Source of the DNA: Candidatus Altimarinota bacterium
Lineage (GTDB): Bacteria; Patescibacteriota; Gracilibacteria; UBA1369
NCBI GenBank assembly: GCA_041659405.1
Contig: JBAZYK010000013.1
Location: 1-32,000 of the forward strand
DNA length: 32,000 nt
Reading direction: 5' to 3'
The notes under the pieces were generated by a model. That model saw only the letters and a list, made by a program, of their open reading frames with translations, did no database searches and was not told the DNA's origin. Positions 15,905-21,370 of the stretch are shown here, one piece after another. How positions within the stretch are numbered: the stretch's first letter is position 1; every line of letters starts with the position of its first letter. The position numbers and the translations under genes were made by a program.

Positions 15905-16438
15905 ATGTCCAGATCAAACCCCTACAAGAAGGCAAAAAGAGAAGCAAAGAAAACCATTCTTTTCTATGGTGAAGGAGAGGCGGAAAGCATTTTCTTAAAA
16001 CATTTAAAGAAAATGTACGCCAATAATAGCGGAATTGCGGTAACAATTCGCAATGGACACGGGGGAACAGCCGAAATTATTGTTCATAAAGCCATTCAAT
16101 ATCCTGGTGATTTTGACAGGAGAGTTGTAGTGTTGGACAACGATAAGCTAAAGCAGGAAATGGAGCAGGCCAGAAAGTTAGCAGGGAAATGCGAAATTGA
16201 TTTAATAGAGAACACTCCATGTTTGGAAGCACTACTTCAGTCAATTGTGGACGGTGGTAAGCCAAAAATGAACAAAAGTTCAGCCCAATACAAGAAAAAT
16301 TTTGAAAAAAATCATATCTGCAAAGAAAAGCGTCTTGATCCAAGAGAATATGAAAAATTATTCACTATAAAATTATTGGATAAACGGCGGAAAGAGATAA
16401 AGAATCTGGAGGTGATTATTGGGTTTATGGAGGGGTGA
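15905..16438 (+). CDS. RloB-like (TOPRIM-type) protein
   Basis: 177 aa. Basic N-terminus then 'TILFYGEGEAES' (TOPRIM glutamate; compare the RloB pattern 'ILIVCEGEKTE'), 'VVVLDND' (DxD), 'ENTPCLEALLQ' (compare the RloB pattern 'sNPCFElWlL'). Starts 11 nt after the ATPase stop. Confidence 0.65.
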   Translation: MSRSNPYKKAKREAKKTILFYGEGEAESIFLKHLKKMYANNSGIAVTIRNGHGGTAEIIVHKAIQYPGDFDRRVVVLDNDKLKQEMEQARKLAGKCEIDLIENTPCLEALLQSIVDGGKPKMNKSSAQYKKNFEKNHICKEKRLDPREYEKLFTIKLLDKRRKEIKNLEVIIGFMEG

Positions 16439-16500
16439 TTTGAAGAAAGCAATGAGGATTAATCGCCACACTGAAAAATAAATAATTATTAAAAATTTAC

Positions 16501-17355
16501 ATGAGTAGAATATTTGATTTTAAAAAAAGATTTGGGCAAGAAGTAAATATTGATGACCTCAAAAAAGATTTTATAAACAAGATTAGCCATTTTTTAATGG
16601 AAGAGCTAGATGGAAAAATCGGTTCATTTTATAGTGACAGAACTAAATCTATTTTTGATTTTGTTGCTATGGAGTTTAGCTGTAATCCATCAAATTTGAT
16701 ACAAAAATACAATAGCAATAGTTTTGGCCCTACTCTCTCTAGGCCCACTTTTTCTATATTCTCTGGAAATGATTTTGAAAAAACGCTTTTATTGATTGAA
16801 GTTTTTTATGATTATTTCAGACGTTCTGACGACTATGAAAAAGAATTTTGGATAGAAGAAATCGATAAAACAGTACTATTAGCTCTTAGTCAGCCAATTT
16901 CGCTTGGTATTTCTTGGCGTAATGGTAGATTTTATCCAGAAGGGGTGAAAGAATTCGATGAGAAATTGATTTCAGATGTATTGATATGGCTTGAAAACAA
17001 ACCAAAAATCAAAGCACTTTATCAAAATGCTCTCGATCATTACTCTAAATCGATAAATGATCCAATTAAGAGGAAAGATGTGTTTAGTAATGCTTTTCAG
17101 GCTGTCGAAAAGCTTACAAAAGAATTTCTAGAAACTTCAACGAATGCTTTTGATAACAATTTTAACGCTTTAATAAAAAAACTCGACCTTCATAAAGAAT
17201 GGAGTAAAATATTTAATTCTTACAAGGAATTGAGTAAGGAGTTTGGTAGGCATGGTGGAAATAATGATAATTTTATTCCAGAACAAGCTGATACAGAAGC
17301 CTTTTTATATTTATCAGGATTAATTATGAGGCTAATTCTTCAAAAAATATTATGA
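16501..17355 (+). CDS. Hypothetical protein, 284 aa (possible degenerate Abi_C/HEPN-like C-terminus)
   Basis: Long AT-rich ORF with an ATG start, same strand as the operon. Its stop overlaps the next gene's start (ATGA at 17352-17355). No motif I can assign firmly. The tail 'FGRHGGNN-x10-EAFLYLSGLIMRLIL' is laid out like Abi_C-type tails but lacks a canonical Rx4-6H. Confidence 0.6.
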   Translation: MSRIFDFKKRFGQEVNIDDLKKDFINKISHFLMEELDGKIGSFYSDRTKSIFDFVAMEFSCNPSNLIQKYNSNSFGPTLSRPTFSIFSGNDFEKTLLLIEVFYDYFRRSDDYEKEFWIEEIDKTVLLALSQPISLGISWRNGRFYPEGVKEFDEKLISDVLIWLENKPKIKALYQNALDHYSKSINDPIKRKDVFSNAFQAVEKLTKEFLETSTNAFDNNFNALIKKLDLHKEWSKIFNSYKELSKEFGRHGGNNDNFIPEQADTEAFLYLSGLIMRLILQKIL

Positions 17356-18335
17356 GTGAAAGATCAATTGAAGTAATTTCTATCCATTTCAATGTTCCGA
17401 GTCATTATTTACTGCTTAGTGAATTTATTGAAACAGCAAATGATGTAGAACAAATATTGCAAGAATTTAATTTTAAATTCTTTGATGCCAAACTTAATAT
17501 TCAGATTTTAGTTTTACCTCCAGAGGAGGGGAGTTTTCTTAAAAAACTGGGCATATTTTTTGCATTACCAGTTTGCGTTTTATCATGGGGGTTTCTAGAA
17601 AGCGACATAGGAAAAGCTTACATAAAAGGCCTAACAGGTAATGAACCTGCTTATTGGGCAGAAATTGCCGGTGAAGGTACCGCAAAGGAGTTAATAATTT
17701 TAAAAGAATCAGTTAAGGGGTTTCTAGAAAAAAATAATAACACTTTAGAGCAAGCTGGGATCAAAATTAATGAATTTCCATTTGCTTATAAGGCACGAAA
17801 TAATTTTTACAACATGTGCTTAAAAAGTGAGGAAATCTCAGGAGTAGAATTTAATAATTCTGGTTGTTTCGATATTAAAAGAGTTAATTTCCCTAACTAT
17901 TTTACAAAGGAAATTGATAAGCCAGATGGTAAAAAATCTAAATCTGTATTTAGGCTGCACAGACTAGTAATTGTTGCACCTGTTATAAGTGGAGGTAGTT
18001 CTGCTCAATGGAAGACGCGAGATGCAAAAACACTAAATCCATTAAATTTTTTTCTTAAGGATGAGGATTTTTATGATGGAATTTTATCCGGAAAATATCC
18101 GCTTAAAGAAACAGGAAACGACGATATTATCACAGTATGCATCGAATATAAAATACATGAAGAAAATGGACAAGAAAAAGTTTACGAAAGAAGTGCTATC
18201 AAAGTATACCAATTTAATAATATCAAGATAGCTGAGATTCCTACAGATCTAGAACTCATGGCATTTAAAGAATCAAAACATTTTGAAGATAAAGAAAAAG
18301 AAAATAGAAATGAAAATCAGCCTTCATTATTTTAA
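17352..18335 (+). CDS. Hypothetical protein, 327 aa, one hydrophobic segment, Lys/Glu-rich tail
   Basis: ATG overlaps the upstream stop by 4 nt. Ends 9 nt before hsdS. Hydrophobic stretch 'LGIFFALPVCVLSWGFL'. C-terminal 'KESKHFEDKEKENRNENQ'. No recognisable catalytic motif. Confidence 0.6.
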   Translation: MSERSIEVISIHFNVPSHYLLLSEFIETANDVEQILQEFNFKFFDAKLNIQILVLPPEEGSFLKKLGIFFALPVCVLSWGFLESDIGKAYIKGLTGNEPAYWAEIAGEGTAKELIILKESVKGFLEKNNNTLEQAGIKINEFPFAYKARNNFYNMCLKSEEISGVEFNNSGCFDIKRVNFPNYFTKEIDKPDGKKSKSVFRLHRLVIVAPVISGGSSAQWKTRDAKTLNPLNFFLKDEDFYDGILSGKYPLKETGNDDIITVCIEYKIHEENGQEKVYERSAIKVYQFNNIKIAEIPTDLELMAFKESKHFEDKEKENRNENQPSLF

Positions 18336-18344
18336 CTATAACCT

Positions 18345-19547
18345 ATGGTCAAAAAAACTATCCAGACTAATTGGCAAACCAAAAAACTCGATGAAGTCTG
18401 TGATTTAATAACTTGTGGCGTGGCTGCTAGGCCTAATTATGTTGTGAATGGTACTCCATTTCTTTCTGCAAAAAATGTAAAAAATGGCCAAGTAATTTGG
18501 AATGGTTTTAATTGTATTTCTGAAAGTACTCATAAAGAATTAACGAAAAATAATAAACCCATGGTTGGCGATATATTGTATACACGCGTAGGTAGCTATG
18601 GAGAAGCAGCAGTTGTTGAGGATAATATTGAATTTAGTATATTTGTTAGCCTTACCTTAATTAAGGTAAATAAGAATTTATTAAATAATTATTTTTTAAA
18701 ATATTATCTTAATTCGAGTTATATAAAAAGTTTGGCAAAGAGCAGTATTAGCAGTTCTGGTGTCGGTAATTTAAATGTTGGGTCAGTTCGAGATTTTCCA
18801 ATATCTTTCCCCCCCATTCCCGAACAACGCCGCATCGTAAAAATCCTCGATGAAGCTTTTGAAAAAACCGCAAAAGCCAAAGAAAACGCCGAAAAAAATC
18901 TACAAAATGCCAAAGAGCTTTTTGAATCGTATTTACATAGTGTTTTTACCAATTCGGGAAAGGATTGGGAGGAGGAAGAATTGGGTGATATTTGTGAAGT
19001 TGAGTATGGATACACCGAAAAAGCAAAAAACAACGGTGACTATCGGTTTGTAAGGATCACTGACACAGACGAAAATGGTTTACTGACAAAAGAAAATAAG
19101 ATGTACATAGATTCTTTTGACGGGGCGGATAAATATGTTTTGAATGACGGAGATTTGCTCATGGCTCGAACGGGTGCTTCTGCAGGTAATGTATTATTAT
19201 TTGAGGGTGATGAAGATGCAGTATTTGCATCGTACCTAATTAGAATGAAATTTAAAAAAGAAATATTAAGTAAGCTGTATTGGTATTTCTCAAAATCTAA
19301 AATTTATTGGGATCAAGTTAGCCAACTATCCGCTGGTTCGGCGCAACCTCAATTTAACGGCGGCGCACTAAAGCAGGTCATTTTTTCTTATCCAAAATTT
19401 TTCTCTGAACAAAAGGCCATCGTCGCTCACCTCGACGCCCTCTCCGCCGAAACCAAAAAGCTCGAATCAATTTATAAACAAAAGCTCACTAATCTGGAAG
19501 AGCTCAAGAAATCAGTGCTCAAAAAAGCATTTTCTGGTCAATTGTAG
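18345..19547 (+). CDS. hsdS: Type I restriction-modification system, specificity subunit S
   Basis: 400 aa. Two variable target-recognition regions are separated by the conserved helical spacer 'PPIPEQRRIVKILDEAFEKTAKAKENAEKNLQNAKELFESYL'. The protein ends in the second conserved region 'EQKAIVAHLDALSAETKKLESIYKQKLTNLEELKKSVLKKAFSGQL'. Confidence 0.9.
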   Translation: MVKKTIQTNWQTKKLDEVCDLITCGVAARPNYVVNGTPFLSAKNVKNGQVIWNGFNCISESTHKELTKNNKPMVGDILYTRVGSYGEAAVVEDNIEFSIFVSLTLIKVNKNLLNNYFLKYYLNSSYIKSLAKSSISSSGVGNLNVGSVRDFPISFPPIPEQRRIVKILDEAFEKTAKAKENAEKNLQNAKELFESYLHSVFTNSGKDWEEEELGDICEVEYGYTEKAKNNGDYRFVRITDTDENGLLTKENKMYIDSFDGADKYVLNDGDLLMARTGASAGNVLLFEGDEDAVFASYLIRMKFKKEILSKLYWYFSKSKIYWDQVSQLSAGSAQPQFNGGALKQVIFSYPKFFSEQKAIVAHLDALSAETKKLESIYKQKLTNLEELKKSVLKKAFSGQL

Positions 19548-19570
19548 ATTTTTATAATTAATTTAATTTT

Positions 19571-20140
19571 ATGGCTAATATTATCACAAAAACAGCTGAA
19601 GAATTGTCAGAAACGGATGATCTTGTTATTGATGAGCTATTGCATTCATCAAATGTATTTATTGTGTTACATCCCACTGAGGATAAGGAGGATTTAAATA
19701 TTGTTAAAGAATTGGGAAATGCCTTGAATTATATGGGTAACATGTTTGCATATGAAGAACTAGGGGGAAAAGGAGGTGGGGGTTGTGATTTATTACCATC
19801 CCTTTCAGATGTTATATTTTATTCGGTTGCTTTTGTCGTAACAACATCTGCAACAACTTTTATTACTGAGTTAACAAAAGATATATATAAATCTACATTA
19901 AAAAAGTTGTTTGATAAAAAAAAGAATTCTTCCTATGAAGATGGTAAGTTTGTGCTCAAATTGACAACGTCTGCAGGCTCAACCATTACTTATTATTTCC
20001 AAAAATATTTAACTAATGATGAATTTATTGAAGCATTAGTACTTGTGCGGGATCATTTTATTAATTTTGAAAATAGCCATAAAATTGAATATCTTGATTT
20101 TATATTTGATAGAAAAGAAAATTCCTGGATGCCGCTATAG
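19571..20140 (+). CDS. Hypothetical protein, 189 aa, Gly-run plus one hydrophobic segment
   Basis: Very AT-rich ORF, ATG 23 nt after the hsdS stop. 'GGKGGGGCDLLPSLSDVIFYSVAFVVTTSATTFI' is a glycine run followed by a putative membrane segment. No known motif recognised. Confidence 0.5.
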   Translation: MANIITKTAEELSETDDLVIDELLHSSNVFIVLHPTEDKEDLNIVKELGNALNYMGNMFAYEELGGKGGGGCDLLPSLSDVIFYSVAFVVTTSATTFITELTKDIYKSTLKKLFDKKKNSSYEDGKFVLKLTTSAGSTITYYFQKYLTNDEFIEALVLVRDHFINFENSHKIEYLDFIFDRKENSWMPL

Positions 20141-20198
20141 AATTTTGTAGTTTATATCCATCTGCATAAATATTAAGTTTTCTTATCGGCTTTGTATA

Positions 20199-20317
20199 CT
20201 CGAGCCACGAAATGTCCTCGAACCAAAAAACTCGAAGCAATCTATCGCCAAAAACTCGCAAAGCTGGAAGAACTCAAGAAATCCGTCCTGAAAAAAGCTT
20301 TTGCGGGGGAATTGTAA
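20199..20317 (+). pseudogene. hsdS 3'-terminal remnant (scar 1): ...RTKKLEAIYRQKLAKLEELKKSVLKKAFAGEL*
   Basis: By hand alignment, 20222-20317 matches the intact hsdS end 19452-19547 codon for codon: 76/96 nt and 25/31 aa identical, including the stop position. No TRD and no plausible start. The frame is broken just upstream (about 20219) relative to hsdS. Confidence 0.8.
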
Positions 20318-20336
20318 ATTATGTTACACTTAAAAC

Positions 20337-20507
20337 ATGAGCAAACTATTACCAAAAAAACGAGGCGACACACTGGTTAAAACCATAGAGAAAAAGTATG
20401 GCGTTGATTTAGGGTATCGGTCAGACGCTCAGCTTCATACTGTGCTAAAAAAAGAAGGCCTGCCCTCTCTTTCCAAGCTTTTGAAAATGGTACACAAAGA
20501 GATATAG
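20337..20507 (+). CDS. Small hypothetical protein, 56 aa (MSKLLPKKRGDTLVKTIEKKYGVDLGYRSDAQLHTVLKKEGLPSLSKLLKMVHKEI)
   Basis: ATG at 20337, TAG at 20505-20507. Below the 60-aa cutoff of the ORF track, found by reading. Ends 9 nt before the next gene. Helical, SAP/HTH-like appearance ('LHTVLKKEGLPSLSKLL'), but no firm family. Confidence 0.35.
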   Translation: MSKLLPKKRGDTLVKTIEKKYGVDLGYRSDAQLHTVLKKEGLPSLSKLLKMVHKEI

Positions 20508-20516
20508 CTGAAATAT

Positions 20517-21050
20517 ATGAGCAATTTCGATTTTATTAAAGATGAAAATCTCCGTAACACACTGGATGATGCCATTGAGTTTATTTATGTACTTTTTAAA
20601 AGATCTAAAGAAGAAGGGCAAAAAGAATTATACAAAGAGGAAACACATAGAATAATAATTTTATATGTTGTGTCGGCAATAGAAGCCGTCTTGCTTTACT
20701 TCTATAAAGATCGAGGCGAAAGAATTAAACATCCAGAATATAAGTTTGTTCAGGCATTGTCCCCAAAGTTTGGACACAGCGAGAAAAAGGGTTGCCCTTT
20801 AGTAATCGCGGTTCAAGAAAAAAAAGAGAAAGATCAAATAGGCATGCGCGATCTCGTAACTTTTTTTAAAGCTAAAAAACTCATAGAAGAAAAAATGGCA
20901 AATGACATTTTAGAATTAAATGACGTAAGAAATACATTTCATTTAAGTAAGCCACGAGCTAAAAGTTGCGATGTGAAGCAGGTTGAGGCTGCGCTTCAGT
21001 TATTAGTGCATACAATTGAAAATGCACCAAAGGCATTAGAGAAAAAATAA
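20517..21050 (+). CDS. Hypothetical all-alpha protein, 177 aa, HEPN-like layout with non-canonical 'RNTFH'
   Basis: N-terminal 'FIKDENLRNTLDDAIEFIYVLF ... IILYVVSAIEAVLLYFY' and C-terminal 'ELNDVRNTFHLSK' resemble small HEPN-type proteins seen next to R-M genes. The R-to-H spacing is 3 residues, not the canonical 4-6. Confidence 0.5.
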   Translation: MSNFDFIKDENLRNTLDDAIEFIYVLFKRSKEEGQKELYKEETHRIIILYVVSAIEAVLLYFYKDRGERIKHPEYKFVQALSPKFGHSEKKGCPLVIAVQEKKEKDQIGMRDLVTFFKAKKLIEEKMANDILELNDVRNTFHLSKPRAKSCDVKQVEAALQLLVHTIENAPKALEKK

Positions 21051-21061
21051 AAAACATTACT

Positions 21062-21253
21062 ATGACTGATGAAGAAATAGCTATCAAACAGCAAGCGAAC
21101 GAATTTGCCCAAAAGACCAGGAAGGAAGACACTTCCAGTGATTTTTCCAAGTTTTTTCGTAAAGCGTCTTATGCTCAGAAAAGGAAGGTGTTTTTGGAGG
21201 TAGCCAAGAAGGCAAGCAAGGAACAACTAGAAGTTATTCAGAGTGTTCAATAA
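21062..21253 (+). CDS. Small hypothetical protein, 63 aa, charged/helical
   Basis: ATG 11 nt after the preceding stop. 'MTDEEIAIKQQANEFAQKTRKE...KASKEQLEVIQSVQ'. Its stop codon (21251-21253) sits exactly at the junction with hsdS scar 2. Confidence 0.4.
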   Translation: MTDEEIAIKQQANEFAQKTRKEDTSSDFSKFFRKASYAQKRKVFLEVAKKASKEQLEVIQSVQ

Positions 21254-21290
21254 ATCCATCCTAAAAAAGGCATTTAGCGCTAGCCTATAG
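21252..21290 (+). pseudogene. hsdS 3'-terminal remnant (scar 2): KSILKKAFSASL*
   Basis: 13 codons, AAA TCC ATC CTA AAA AAG GCA TTT AGC GCT AGC CTA TAG. Compare the intact hsdS end KSVLKKAFSGQL* (9/12 aa and 25/39 nt identical by hand count; Ser and Leu use different codon families). Similarity stops abruptly upstream of 21252. Confidence 0.5.
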
Positions 21291-21300
21291 CAATTTCTTT

Positions 21301-21356
21301 AAATAGGTACAATTTAGGTATAAAATAGGTATAATTAGACCTATTTCTACTATAAT
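21301..21356 (+). promoter_or_regulatory. hsdR upstream region: three tandem 11-bp units containing TAGGTA, plus overlapping -10-like hexamers
   Basis: TAGGTA at 21304, 21315 and 21326 (exact 11-bp phasing; units AAATAGGTACA / ATTTAGGTATA / AAATAGGTATA). A partially inverted GACCTA lies at 21338-21343. TACAAT at 21308, TATAAT at 21330 and TATAAT at 21351. The hsdR ATG is at 21371. Confidence 0.4.
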
Positions 21357-21370
21357 TTGAAAAATAACCT

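Noticed and set aside
20517-21050. Calling the 177-aa protein a bona fide HEPN RNase
   Set aside because: The only candidate motif is R-N-T-F-H (three residues between R and H), whereas the canonical motif is Rx4-6H. I kept it as 'HEPN-like layout' only. The same caution applies to 'GRHGG' in the 284-aa protein.
19452-21290. hsdS copies as a phase-variable hsdS shufflon (invertible half-genes)
   Set aside because: All three copies are in direct, not inverted, orientation. The scars carry no TRD sequence to swap. No recombinase/integrase gene is present in the locus. I interpret them as historical recombination scars instead.
21301-21343. TAGGTA tandem units as a CRISPR array or phase-variable simple-sequence repeat
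   Set aside because: There are only three 11-bp units with no unique spacers and no cas genes. The units are imperfect and too long and too few for slipped-strand phase variation. A promoter or operator role fits better.
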